DNA of 59,996 nt, counting the filler. It is 7 parts of 7 records of this genome, joined end to end, with 100 filler letters (N's around TTAATTAATTAA, not from the genome) between each part and the next. Parts side by side here need not be neighbours in the genome. Positions count along the whole stretch, not along the records: positions 8,618 to 14,409 come from SRR31156797_66069; positions 14,510 to 20,456 come from SRR31156797_66182; 5 more parts are not named here. One strand, 5' to 3'. The position numbers and the translations under genes are program-made. Below the pieces are notes generated by a model that had not been told where the DNA came from, did no database searches, and saw only the letters and a program-made list of their open reading frames with translations. Shown piece after piece: positions 8,776 to 18,388 of the stretch. The first letter of the stretch is position 1, and every line of letters starts with the position of its first letter.

Positions 8776-11700
8776 ATGGCAATTAAACCCACGTATGAGG
8801 AATTAGAGAAACGAATCCAGGATTTGGAAAACGAAATTTCTCTATCCCACAAAGAGTATGATTCGTGGAGACAAGAATCTAAGTACGGAGCAATATTCAA
8901 TCAATCATTCCAATTTGCTTTGGTTTTGGATTCGAACGGTATCGTCATAGAGATGAATGAGCTGTGTCGGGTGGTATGCGGCCCATACGCAGAAAATGTG
9001 ATTGGGGGGCACTTTAGTGAGGCTGGTTGGTGGAAGGAGTTTGATGAGGTAAAAGAAAAAACCGATAAAGCAATATCTCAGACGCTTGAAGGTGAAGTAG
9101 TACGTGACGAGGTATTCTTTATCGATAAAGGCAAAAACGTCAGGCATGGCACTCGTATTTTTTCTCCGATTAAAAATGTTATAGGTGAGATAATAATGAT
9201 ATCTGTCGTTGGCCTTGATATATCAGATATTAAAGCGGTGAGCGAAAGACTCACCAAATCCAACCAAAGATTAGAGCAGGCACATAAGATAGCAAGGATC
9301 GGTCATTGGGATTGGGAAATGTCGACAGGAGAATTGACTTGGTCAGATGAAATTTTTGATATATTTGGACGAGACAAAGACAGTTTTAAGCCAACTACAG
9401 AATCCTTTGAGGCTTGCATACATCCTGATGATTATCGAGATTTTATAAATGAAAGAGAAGCTGCTTTGGCGGCAAATAGATCGGTTGACATTGAACACCG
9501 TATCAGCCTACCAAATGGTACGATTCGGTATGTTCAGGAACTGGCAGAGGTTTTCAGGGATAACGAAGGAAAGGTCATCAGGGTATTAGGAACTGTACAG
9601 GATATCACTGAGCGTAAACTGGCAGAATTGTCATTACGAAAATCAGAAGAAAAATATAGAACCCTTTTTGAGGGTATGGCGCAAGGCGTTTTTTATCAAA
9701 ATTGTGATGGACAACTAATTGATTTTAACAAGAAAACATTGGAAATATTTGGACTTACCAAAGATCAGTTATTAGGTAGAACTTCTCTTGATCCGACTTG
9801 GAAGGTGATAAATCAGGATGGCTCCGACTTACCGGGCGATCAACATCCCTCAATGGTTGCTCTTAGGACGGGCAAGCCAGTTTTAGATGCAATTGCTGGA
9901 GTATTTAATACTATTAAAAAAGAATATGTTTGGATCAATATAAATGCTATTCCACAATTCCGCATTGGTGAAGTAGAGCCTTATCAGGTTTTTGTATCAA
10001 TGCATGATATATCGGATCTCAAACAGTCAGAGGATACTCTTCGACAGAGTGAAGCCCTTATGGAAAGTGTGTTCCGGGCAGCCCCGACTGGTATCGGAGT
10101 TGTAGGTGACCGGGCAATTAAAGCGGTAAATGATACATTCTGCAATATGTTAGGATATAGCAGAGAAGAGTTGATTGGTCAAAGGTCGACAATTGTTTAT
10201 CCATCAATTGAAGAGTTTGAAAAGGTTGGTCAGGAAAAGTATGAACAAATAAAGGAAAAAGGTACAGGAACGGTTGAAACCATTTTCAAACGTAAGGATG
10301 GAAATACAATTGATGTTATATTGAGTTCGACACCCATCGATATAAATGACCTAAGCAAAGGTGTCACGTTTACAGCGCTTGATATCTCAAAGAAAAAGAA
10401 AGCGGAAAGCTCACTGATAAAAGCTCATAAGCTTTTTTTAACAGTACTTAACGGTATTGATTCAACCGTGTATGTGGCTGATATGGAAACTTATGAAATC
10501 CTTTTCATGAATAATAGTATGATTGAGAGTTTTGGTGAGGATTACACAGGTGAAAAATGTTGGAAAGTCTTCAGAAGAAAATCAGGGCCTTGTTCATTCT
10601 GCAGCAATTGCAAATTGATTGACAATAATGGTAATCCTACAGGTGTACATACCTGGCACGATGAGAATCCGATTACCGGAAAATGGTATATTAACCATGA
10701 TCGTGCAATCGAATGGATAGACGGGAGAGTGGTACGCCTGCAGATAGCAACCGATATCTCAGAGATAAAAAAAATGGAGCAACAGCTGCTTCAGGCCCAA
10801 AAAATGGAGTCAGTAGGTAGACTTGCAGGAGGGATTGCTCACGATTTTAATAACATGCTTAGTATTATCCTCGGCAATGTAGAAATTATTATAGATGACA
10901 TTGAGACCTCAAGTCCCTTGGTTAGCAATCTCGAGGAAGTCCAGAAAGCCGCAAAACGATCTGCGGATTTAACCCGACAGCTTTTAGCGTTTGCCAGAAA
11001 ACAGACAATTGCCCCCAAAATTCTTAATTTAAATGAAACGATTGATGGTATGCTTAAAATGCTGAGGCGGTTAATCGGTGAGGACATCGGACTGCTTTGG
11101 CAGCCTGGAAATAATGTGTGGCCGGTGAGGGTTGACCCCAGCCAGATAGACCAGATTCTGGCCAACCTATGCGTCAACGCCCGAGACGCTATAGCAGATG
11201 TGGGTAAAGTCATCATCGAAACGAGCAACACTGAATTCGACGAGACTTACTGCAGCGATCACCCGGGCTTTTTACCTGGTGAGTTTGTGCTTTTGGCTGT
11301 TAGCGACAACGGTTGCGGCATGGATATCAAGACTCTTGAAAACATTTATGAGCCTTTTTATACAACCAAAAAGCTCGGTGAGGGGACTGGCCTGGGGCTT
11401 TCCACGGTATATGGTGTAGTCAAACAAAACAATGGTTTTATCAATGCGTATAGCGAACCAGGTCAAGGGACGACATTCAACTTATACTTTCCGCGATATA
11501 AGACCAAGGCGGGCACTTCGCCGGAAAAGGAAAAGGACCACCCGATCGAGCGCGGCCATGAAACGATATTTCTGGTTGAGGATGAAGTTCCGATTTTGAG
11601 GATGACGGAACAGATGCTTGAAAGACTGGGTTATCAGGTAGTATCAGCCAGAACACCAGGCGAAGCAATTCGCCTGGCACAAGAATATGAAGACGAGATT

Positions 11701-11925
11701 CATCTGCTCATGACCGATGTTGTTATGCCGGAAATGAATGGGCGGGATTTGGCAAAAAATATTCTGTCTATACACCCTGATCTCAAACGCCTGTTCATGT
11801 CGGGCTATACTGCAAACGTTATTGCCCATCATGGTGTTTTGGATGCAGGCGTGAACTTTATCCAGAAGCCGTTTTCCAGGGAGGAACTTGGCAAAAAGGT
11901 GCGCGAGGCGTTGGATATGGATTAA
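8776..11925 (+). CDS. Multi-PAS hybrid sensor histidine kinase / receiver
   Basis: N-terminal KPTYEELEKRIQDLE coil, several PAS/PAC repeats, H-box GRLAGGIAHDFNN, GTGLGL G2 box, receiver TDVVMPEMNG. Confidence 0.95.
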   Translation: MAIKPTYEELEKRIQDLENEISLSHKEYDSWRQESKYGAIFNQSFQFALVLDSNGIVIEMNELCRVVCGPYAENVIGGHFSEAGWWKEFDEVKEKTDKAISQTLEGEVVRDEVFFIDKGKNVRHGTRIFSPIKNVIGEIIMISVVGLDISDIKAVSERLTKSNQRLEQAHKIARIGHWDWEMSTGELTWSDEIFDIFGRDKDSFKPTTESFEACIHPDDYRDFINEREAALAANRSVDIEHRISLPNGTIRYVQELAEVFRDNEGKVIRVLGTVQDITERKLAELSLRKSEEKYRTLFEGMAQGVFYQNCDGQLIDFNKKTLEIFGLTKDQLLGRTSLDPTWKVINQDGSDLPGDQHPSMVALRTGKPVLDAIAGVFNTIKKEYVWININAIPQFRIGEVEPYQVFVSMHDISDLKQSEDTLRQSEALMESVFRAAPTGIGVVGDRAIKAVNDTFCNMLGYSREELIGQRSTIVYPSIEEFEKVGQEKYEQIKEKGTGTVETIFKRKDGNTIDVILSSTPIDINDLSKGVTFTALDISKKKKAESSLIKAHKLFLTVLNGIDSTVYVADMETYEILFMNNSMIESFGEDYTGEKCWKVFRRKSGPCSFCSNCKLIDNNGNPTGVHTWHDENPITGKWYINHDRAIEWIDGRVVRLQIATDISEIKKMEQQLLQAQKMESVGRLAGGIAHDFNNMLSIILGNVEIIIDDIETSSPLVSNLEEVQKAAKRSADLTRQLLAFARKQTIAPKILNLNETIDGMLKMLRRLIGEDIGLLWQPGNNVWPVRVDPSQIDQILANLCVNARDAIADVGKVIIETSNTEFDETYCSDHPGFLPGEFVLLAVSDNGCGMDIKTLENIYEPFYTTKKLGEGTGLGLSTVYGVVKQNNGFINAYSEPGQGTTFNLYFPRYKTKAGTSPEKEKDHPIERGHETIFLVEDEVPILRMTEQMLERLGYQVVSARTPGEAIRLAQEYEDEIHLLMTDVVMPEMNGRDLAKNILSIHPDLKRLFMSGYTANVIAHHGVLDAGVNFIQKPFSREELGKKVREALDMD

Positions 11926-12376
11926 TTGTACATTTGTGCTTTAGATAACGTTCTCATTGATGATATTTTCTAAACATAAAGAGGAAAGAATTTGAGGAAA
12001 ATTCGACCCAGCACTATGTCTATCATTCCGGGATAGCCTCGTCTTCCAGTCCCCGATGGCTTCCATCAGTATTGTTGCGAACCAGGAAATCCTTATTAGG
12101 CAACACTTTTTTAAGTAAGGCTCACCCAATTGAATTGGCCTGATCGTATTGTCGTATCAGCATTTAACACCACCAGCAATATCCATCAACCATCAACCTC
12201 AAGCCAGTATCTGCCATCAAATTGTCTCATTGATAAATTAAAACCCATAATCCTCAAAACCCTTTCTATTCAAGCTTTATCCTCCCCGAAGTTCATAAAT
12301 CCATCCAGGTATTAATGTAACCTTTCTTAAATACAGAGGGACATTTTTCCCGAATTTTAATCACCAGGAGGATTTT

Positions 12377-12613
12377 ATGAAAAAATCATTGAGTATCAGT
12401 GATGCAAGCCAGGAGACCGGCCTTTCCCAGAAACAATTGAGATCCTATGAGGCACGGGGATACATATCTGAGCCGTTCAAGGTCAGGTGTGGAGAAATTG
12501 CCTACAGGCGATATACCCCCCAGCACATAGCCGAAATCAAAGCATTCAAGCGTTTCGTGGACGAGGGGTTCACCCTTCAGGCTGCATCAAGAAAAATAAA
12601 GGAGAAAGTTTAA
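12377..12613 (+). CDS. Stand-alone MerR-type HTH protein (regulator or excisionase-like)
   Basis: SISDASQETGLSQKQLRSYEARG...YRRYT...GFTL; RBS AGGAGG upstream; no effector domain. Confidence 0.85.
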   Translation: MKKSLSISDASQETGLSQKQLRSYEARGYISEPFKVRCGEIAYRRYTPQHIAEIKAFKRFVDEGFTLQAASRKIKEKV

Positions 12614-12615
12614 CT

Positions 12616-12819
12616 ATGGCACGTTTAGATAACACCCAGTGCCCATTTATCAAGAAGGATTGTCTGCAGGCCAAGTGCAGCCTCTATGACAGCCGCCTTG
12701 ATAACTGTGCATTTCATCTGGTCATTTACAATTTATATAAGCTGGACAGAGCGATATCCAAGCTCCAGCCGAAAGATGAACCAGATCAACCAGGGAAATT
12801 CCCGTTTAATACGAATTAA
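12616..12819 (+). CDS. Small Cys4 protein, putative Zn-binding
   Basis: CPF-x4-C-x4-C-x9-C; RBS GGAG inside the MerR 3' end. Confidence 0.7.
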   Translation: MARLDNTQCPFIKKDCLQAKCSLYDSRLDNCAFHLVIYNLYKLDRAISKLQPKDEPDQPGKFPFNTN

Positions 12820-12827
12820 AAAAGAGT

Positions 12828-12849
12828 GCCTGCCCTCAAAGGGCGGGCA
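12828..12849. terminator. GC-rich hairpin flanked by A-runs (terminator-like on minus strand)
   Basis: GCCTGCCCT-CAA-AGGGCGGGC, with AAAAAAGAGT before and GAAAAAA after. Confidence 0.5.
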
Positions 12850-12859
12850 TGAAAAAACT

Positions 12860-12939
12860 ATGGGTGGTAGCTCCTTAATTGGGGGAATGACTTCCGGTTT
12901 CATTCTCCCTGCCCATTATCAACCGGAGGCAATAAAATT
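12860..12939 (+). promoter_or_regulatory. Structured 5' leader: hairpin whose loop is complementary to the Shine-Dalgarno region (predicted pseudoknot)
   Basis: Stem GGGGGAATGA (12881-90) / TCATTCTCCC (12900-09). Loop CTTCCGGTT (12891-99) pairs 9/9 (one G-U) with AACCGGAGG (12921-29), which contains the SD 10 nt before ATG 12940. Confidence 0.6.
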
Positions 12940-14409
12940 ATGTTCATACCGCGTTACAGAAAATCAAATCATATCAACGTTCATTTAACCACCACGGATA
13001 CCGATACCCAGAACCTAATCGACGAAATTTTGGACGAGATTTCCGACATCAAGAAAATAACCGAAAGGCCCAAAGCCAGAGAAGCTTTGAAAAAAGTACT
13101 TTTGAACCTCATTCATGCGGATGAAATTGGGGGTTGTATTCGTATTTCCAGGGATAGAAACAACTATTCTCACCACCGCATGTATGGCAAGCTCTGGCTC
13201 AAACATAAATGGTTTATCGAAATTGCCGTTGATGGCCTCATTGAACTTGGCTATGCCGAGTATTTGAACGGCTCTTGGGACAAAGAAAAAAAACGTGGCT
13301 ATCAATCTAAAATCTGGGCTTCTGACAAACTTCATTCCCGGATACTGGGGATAATTACGCCCAGCAAAGGCAAAGCAATAGATCGCGCTGAGCCAGAACA
13401 GGTCATTCAGTTAAAGGATAGTAGTAAAAAATTAGTTCGTTACACTCCAACAAGATCCATTACATTAACAAAAAAACGTCTGACACAATACAATGAATTC
13501 ATCCGGGACCAATACATCACGGTAAATCTCACCGAGTCCGTACAGACGGATAATGAGTTCTGGTGCAACAATTTACTGAACGGACTGCTGAATGGAAGCT
13601 ATACACTGGATGGGTTGAAACTAAATCAAGAACTCAACATCACAGACACTGAGAGCAGACACTACCATATCGTGTACATTCATCCAGAAAGGAGCACTCA
13701 TCCAAGAAGTACTCATGTTCAATGTAACATCACCAGTTCTTCATCTATCACCACCAGTACCAATACACCAGCACCTCCATCATCATCCATCAGTACCACA
13801 ACCAGCACTACTTCATCCACCTCCAACACCAGTACCCATACACCTACATCATATACCACCATCACACATAACTCTACATCCACCAGTACTCTTCTCTCAC
13901 ATATAAAGAACCTAATACATCTATACAGTACTCAGACGAATCAGCCAAAACCATTGACAGATAAGGCTCTTATGGTTTCAGAGAATAAGCTCATAGAATA
14001 CTTTTTGAACTGGTTATTGTTCCTGAATCATGAATTGAAGATAGGGAAAAGTGATGATCAAGTTAAATGGGCGTACCGCATCAGAGGTGGTCTTGGAAAG
14101 CAAGGGATCTCAGAATTGATTTTTAGGCTGAAATATGAAGCTTGCCACAGGGTTTTCAATAAATCTTCTTTCAAGAATGGTGGCCGATTTTATGGTGCTT
14201 CCCACCTTGACATCCCAAGCCACATGCGTGGATTTATCCGCATCAATGGTGAGCCTGTTGTTGAGCTTGATTACGATGCCCTTCATGTGGTCATGCTTTA
14301 CCATCTCCGGGGCATTGACATTGATTTAGCCCAGGACCCTTACGATATGATTGTTGGCCAGGAAGACCGCTCAATCAAGAAAATAGCCTTGCTCACGGCC
14401 ATCAATGCC
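12940..14409 (+). CDS. Divergent PolA/T7-RNAP superfamily polymerase-like protein of mobile elements; 3' truncated
   Basis: RVFN..SF..GGRFYG...IP...R..IRINGEPVVELDYDALH (motif A-like) ...DPY...R..KK...LTAINA (motif B-like); large Ser/Thr-rich internal insert; motif C is beyond the contig end. Confidence 0.6.
13731..13931 (+). repeat. G-depleted tract with degenerate CACCAGYAC direct repeats inside the polymerase-like gene
   Basis: Exact CACCAGTAC at 13752, 13827, 13881; variants at 13731, 13766, 13788, 13800, ~13924. Only 7 G in 13731-13907, all within CAG(T/C). Confidence 0.75.
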
Positions 14410-14509
14410 NNNNNNNNNNNNNNNNNNNNNNNNNNNNNNNNNNNNNNNNNNNNTTAATTAATTAANNNNNNNNNNNNNNNNNNNNNNNNNNNNNNNNNNN
14501 NNNNNNNNN
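14410..14509. other. Artificial contig spacer
   Basis: N linker with TTAATTAATTAA. Confidence 0.99.
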
Positions 14510-14510
14510 C

Positions 14511-15893
14511 TATGGCCTGGACAAAAAAGGCGAAGAAAAGATCGCCGTGTTCGACCTTGGCGGCGGCACCTTCGACGTATCGGTACTCGAGATCGGTGAC
14601 GGCGTATTCGAGGTAAAATCAACCAACGGCGACACCCATCTGGGCGGCGAGGACTTCGACCTTAGAATCATCGACTACATTGCCGAAGAGTTCAAGAAAG
14701 ACCAGGGCATCGACATCAAGACAGACAAGATGGCCCTCCAGCGCCTGAAAGAGGCGGCCGAAAAGGCAAAAATGGAGCTCTCCACAGCGGTTGAGACCGA
14801 CATCAACCTGCCCTTCATCACGGCAGACGCAAGCGGCCCCAAACATCTTGACGTGAAGCTCACCCGGGCAAAACTGGAATCCCTTGTGGCCGATCTGCTG
14901 GACAACCTTGAGAACCCCTGCAGAACCGCCATGAAAGATGCGGGCCTCTCTGCGGGCGAGATCAACGAGGTGGTTCTTGTTGGCGGCATGACCCGTATGC
15001 CGGCCGTCCAGGAGCGCGTGGAGAAAATCTTCGGCAAAAAACCCCATAAGGGCGTAAACCCGGACGAGGTGGTTGCCATGGGCGCCGCCATCCAGGCCGG
15101 CGTACTCCAGGGCGATGTCAACGATGTACTTCTCCTTGACGTGACCCCCCTCTCCCTGGGTATCGAGACCCTGGGCGGGGTCATGACACGGCTGATCGAG
15201 AAGAACACCACCATCCCCACCAAGAAGAGCCAGGTGTTCTCAACCGCGGCAGACAACCAGCCCGCCGTATCCATCCACGTCCTCCAGGGCGAGCGAGAGA
15301 TGGCCGCCGGCAACAAGACCCTTGGCCAGTTCGAGCTGTCCGACATCCCGGCGGCACCCAGGGGCGTACCCCAGATCGAGGTCACCTTTGACATCGATGC
15401 CAACGGTATCGTCCATGTAGCGGCCAAGGACAAGGCCACCGGCAAGGAGCAGTCTATCCGCATCACAGCGGCAAGCGGTCTTTCCGAGGACGAAATCGAG
15501 CAGATGGTCAAGGATGCGGAAATGCATGCCGACGAGGACAAGAAAAAACGAGAGCTTGTGGACGCAAAGAACACCGCCGAGTCCCTCATCGACCAGACGG
15601 AGAAGACCCTGAAGGAGCACGGAGACAAGGTTGACGATGCCACCAAGAAAGGCATCGAGGCCGCCTGCGAGGCCCTGAAGCAGGTCAAGGACGGCGAGGA
15701 TGCCGAGGCGATCAAGCAGAAGAGCGAAGAGCTGACCCAGGCCTCCCACAAACTGGCCGAGGCCATGTACCAGCAGGCTGCCCAGGAGGGCGGAGCCCCC
15801 GGCGCCGGCCCCGAGGGCCAGGCAGGTCCCGCCGGCCAGGATGACGATGTGGTCGATGCTGATTTCGAAGAGGTCAATGAGACCAAGAAATAA
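14511..15893 (+). CDS. dnaK: Chaperone DnaK, 5' truncated
   Basis: [44 protein letters not shown]-terminal VVDADFEEV. Confidence 0.99.
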   Translation, partial: YGLDKKGEEKIAVFDLGGGTFDVSVLEIGDGVFEVKSTNGDTHLGGEDFDLRIIDYIAEEFKKDQGIDIKTDKMALQRLKEAAEKAKMELSTAVETDINLPFITADASGPKHLDVKLTRAKLESLVADLLDNLENPCRTAMKDAGLSAGEINEVVLVGGMTRMPAVQERVEKIFGKKPHKGVNPDEVVAMGAAIQAGVLQGDVNDVLLLDVTPLSLGIETLGGVMTRLIEKNTTIPTKKSQVFSTAADNQPAVSIHVLQGEREMAAGNKTLGQFELSDIPAAPRGVPQIEVTFDIDANGIVHVAAKDKATGKEQSIRITAASGLSEDEIEQMVKDAEMHADEDKKKRELVDAKNTAESLIDQTEKTLKEHGDKVDDATKKGIEAACEALKQVKDGEDAEAIKQKSEELTQASHKLAEAMYQQAAQEGGAPGAGPEGQAGPAGQDDDVVDADFEEVNETKK

Positions 15894-15910
15894 AAAATAA
15901 AACCGCCTTG

Positions 15911-15955
15911 AAAAAAAATCCCACTGTGCACTATACTGCCCAGTGGGATTTTTTT
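15911..15955 (+). terminator. Rho-independent terminator after dnaK (bidirectional-type)
   Basis: AAAAAAAATCCCACTG...CAGTGGGATTTTTTT. Confidence 0.85.
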
Positions 15956-16018
15956 ATATCGGGCATACCGTTAACCTTAAAAACAAAAGCGCAACCGCTT
16001 GGGGGCTGGATGTAGAGA

Positions 16019-17608
16019 ATGATAATAACTGAGATTTTAGCAAGAAACAGCCGGAGATACGGGAACGAGATCGCCCTGATCGAACGGGCGCCTGCCGAGG
16101 ATCTTCGCCAGGAGATCACCTGGATGGAATTTTACCAGGAGTCCAACCGCCTGGCCAATGCCCTTGAACGACGGGGCATCAAAAAAGGGGACCGGGTGAT
16201 CCAGCTCATGACCAATTGCATTGAGTGGCTTCCCATCTATTTCGGCATCCTGAGCACCGGCGCCTGGGCCGTGCCCCTGAACTTCAGGTTTGAATTCGAC
16301 AAGATCCGGCTCTGCACCGAGGTTGCCGAAGCAAAGGTGTTTATCTTTGGCGAGGAGTTCATCGACAGGATCGAAACGGGCAAGGTCTTCCTCGACGCCC
16401 ATGTGAGCCTCTGGATATTCACGGGCCCCCCGGAAAACTGCCCGGACTGGGCCGTTCCCTACCGGGAGTTTATCCGGTCCGAAAGCGGGGAAGCCCCGCC
16501 GGATGTGCCACTTTCCATCGAAGAAGACGCCGCCCTCTACTTTACCTCCGGCACCACCGGCACCCCGAAGGCCGTACTCCTGACCCATAGAAACCTGGAA
16601 CACGCCTGTTATGTGGAGAACCGCCACCACAGCCAGAGCCGAGACGACACCTTTCTGTGCATCCCGCCCCTCTACCACACCGGCGCAAAAATGCACTGGC
16701 TGGGCAGTTTTGTGGTAGGAGGCAAGTGCGTCATTCTCAAGGGGGTCAAGCCGAAATGGATACTGGAGGCCGTGTCCGAAGAGCTTGCCACCATTGTCTG
16801 GCTCCTGGTGCCCTGGGCCCATGACATCCTCATCGCCATCGAGGGGGGGAGCGTGGATATTTCCAAATACCGGCTCGACCAGTGGCGCCTGATGCACATC
16901 GGCGCCCAGCCCGTGCCCCCGAGCCTGATCAACGAGTGGAAACAGTATTTCCCCGGCCATGCCTACGACACCAACTACGGCCTCACCGAGACCACGGGGC
17001 CCGGCTGCGTTCACCTGGGTGTTGAAAACCCGGACCATGTGGGTGCCATCGGCCAGCCCGGATTTGACTGGGAGTGCAAGATCGTGGACGCAAGCGGCAA
17101 CGAGCTACCCGGCTGCGAAAGCGGGGAACTCATCGTCCGGGGTCCCGGAGTGATGAAAGAGTACTACAAGAACCCGGAAGCCACGGCAAAGACCATCATA
17201 GACGGCTGGCTCCACACCGGCGACATCGCCCGCTACGACCGGTCCGGCTTCATCTGGCTGGTGGACCGGAAAAAGGACGTGATCATCTGCGGGGGCGAGA
17301 ACATCTTCCCGGTGGAGATCGAGCACTTCTACATGCAGCACAAAAAGATCCAGGATGTGGCCGTGATCGGCATTCCGGACGAACGCCTGGGGGAGATCCC
17401 GGCCGGCATCTTTGCCGCCAAGGACGGCTGCGAACTCACAAAAAAGGAGATCGTCGAGTTTGGCGAGGCCCTTCCCCGGTACAAGCGGCTCAGGAAAATC
17501 ATTTTCGGCGAGGTGCCGAGAAACCCCACCGGCAAGATCGAAAAACCCAAGCTAAGACGGCTCTACGCCAAGGACAAGAGGAAAGACATTGCAAAGCTTC
17601 TCAAATAG
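16019..17608 (+). CDS. Class I adenylate-forming enzyme (acyl-CoA synthetase)
   Basis: YFTSGTTGTPK, YGLTE, GWLHTGD, PRNPTGKIEK. Confidence 0.95.
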   Translation: MIITEILARNSRRYGNEIALIERAPAEDLRQEITWMEFYQESNRLANALERRGIKKGDRVIQLMTNCIEWLPIYFGILSTGAWAVPLNFRFEFDKIRLCTEVAEAKVFIFGEEFIDRIETGKVFLDAHVSLWIFTGPPENCPDWAVPYREFIRSESGEAPPDVPLSIEEDAALYFTSGTTGTPKAVLLTHRNLEHACYVENRHHSQSRDDTFLCIPPLYHTGAKMHWLGSFVVGGKCVILKGVKPKWILEAVSEELATIVWLLVPWAHDILIAIEGGSVDISKYRLDQWRLMHIGAQPVPPSLINEWKQYFPGHAYDTNYGLTETTGPGCVHLGVENPDHVGAIGQPGFDWECKIVDASGNELPGCESGELIVRGPGVMKEYYKNPEATAKTIIDGWLHTGDIARYDRSGFIWLVDRKKDVIICGGENIFPVEIEHFYMQHKKIQDVAVIGIPDERLGEIPAGIFAAKDGCELTKKEIVEFGEALPRYKRLRKIIFGEVPRNPTGKIEKPKLRRLYAKDKRKDIAKLLK

Positions 17609-18299
17609 CCCGGCAAACGTTGAATCTTCCGGACACAGGTCCAGGCGTCACTGCTGCCGGGGCCTCCTGGTCCTCCTGATATTCCTGTTCCTCTCCCCGG
17701 CCGCCTTTGCCCAGGACAACGCAAAAGACCTTGAGACCCTGCTGACAGGGATCGAAAAACGCTATTCCGGCACGGATTTTACGGCGACCTTTTCCCAGCG
17801 GTCCCGTCTTGCCGCCATCGACATTACGGAAACCGCCAAAGGCAAGGCCTATTTCAGCCATCCGGGCAAGATGAGGTGGGAATACCTGGAACCGGAAAAA
17901 CATGAGATCATCACCAATGGGAAAACCCTCTGGATCTTCCGGCCGGAAGACAACCAGGTGGTTCAAGGGGAGGCCCAAACCTTTTTCAAGGCAGGGGCCG
18001 GCGGCGCGTTTCTCTCGAACATACGCCTTGTCCGGAAAGCCTACACCATCACCCTAGAAAGAAACGATAAGGGCGTTGCCGAGCTTCTCCTGGTGCCAAA
18101 GCAGAAAAATCCCGAAATCAGCACCATCAGAATACGCCTTCTCCAAGGCACCTTTAAAATCGACCGGGTGGAGACGACAAACATCTACGGCGACACCACG
18201 ACCCTTGAGTTCAAGGATATCGACTTTCGGAAACTGGACCCGTCCCTGTTTGATTTTGTTGTGCCCGAAGGCACGGACCTGCTCTTTATGAACGGATGA
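17589..18299 (+). CDS. lolA: Outer-membrane lipoprotein carrier LolA family (start uncertain)
   Basis: Signal peptide, F.A.F.Q, PGKMRWEY..P, NGKTLWIF, F.F..PEG motifs. Confidence 0.88.
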   Translation: MQSFSNSPANVESSGHRSRRHCCRGLLVLLIFLFLSPAAFAQDNAKDLETLLTGIEKRYSGTDFTATFSQRSRLAAIDITETAKGKAYFSHPGKMRWEYLEPEKHEIITNGKTLWIFRPEDNQVVQGEAQTFFKAGAGGAFLSNIRLVRKAYTITLERNDKGVAELLLVPKQKNPEISTIRIRLLQGTFKIDRVETTNIYGDTTTLEFKDIDFRKLDPSLFDFVVPEGTDLLFMNG

Positions 18300-18332
18300 G
18301 GGGCGCGCCCCCTCTTTGGAAGGGAAAATGCC

Positions 18333-18371
18333 GGACCGCGGTTGAGGGCAATCACCGCCTTACCGCGGTCC
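18333..18371. terminator. Hairpin between convergent lolA and yebC
   Basis: GGACCGCGG...CCGCGGTCC inverted repeat; no clear U-tract. Confidence 0.5.
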
Positions 18372-18388
18372 AACAGCAAGAACGGTTC

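Noticed and set aside
13731-13931. CRISPR array or true tandem repeat
   Set aside because: Units are only ~9 nt, degenerate and irregularly spaced; no cas genes
14675-15931. Long antisense ORFs opposite dnaK (also 29381..30676, 51845..53293, 16037..17038)
   Set aside because: Shadow ORFs caused by codon bias of well-supported genes on the other strand; no motifs of their own
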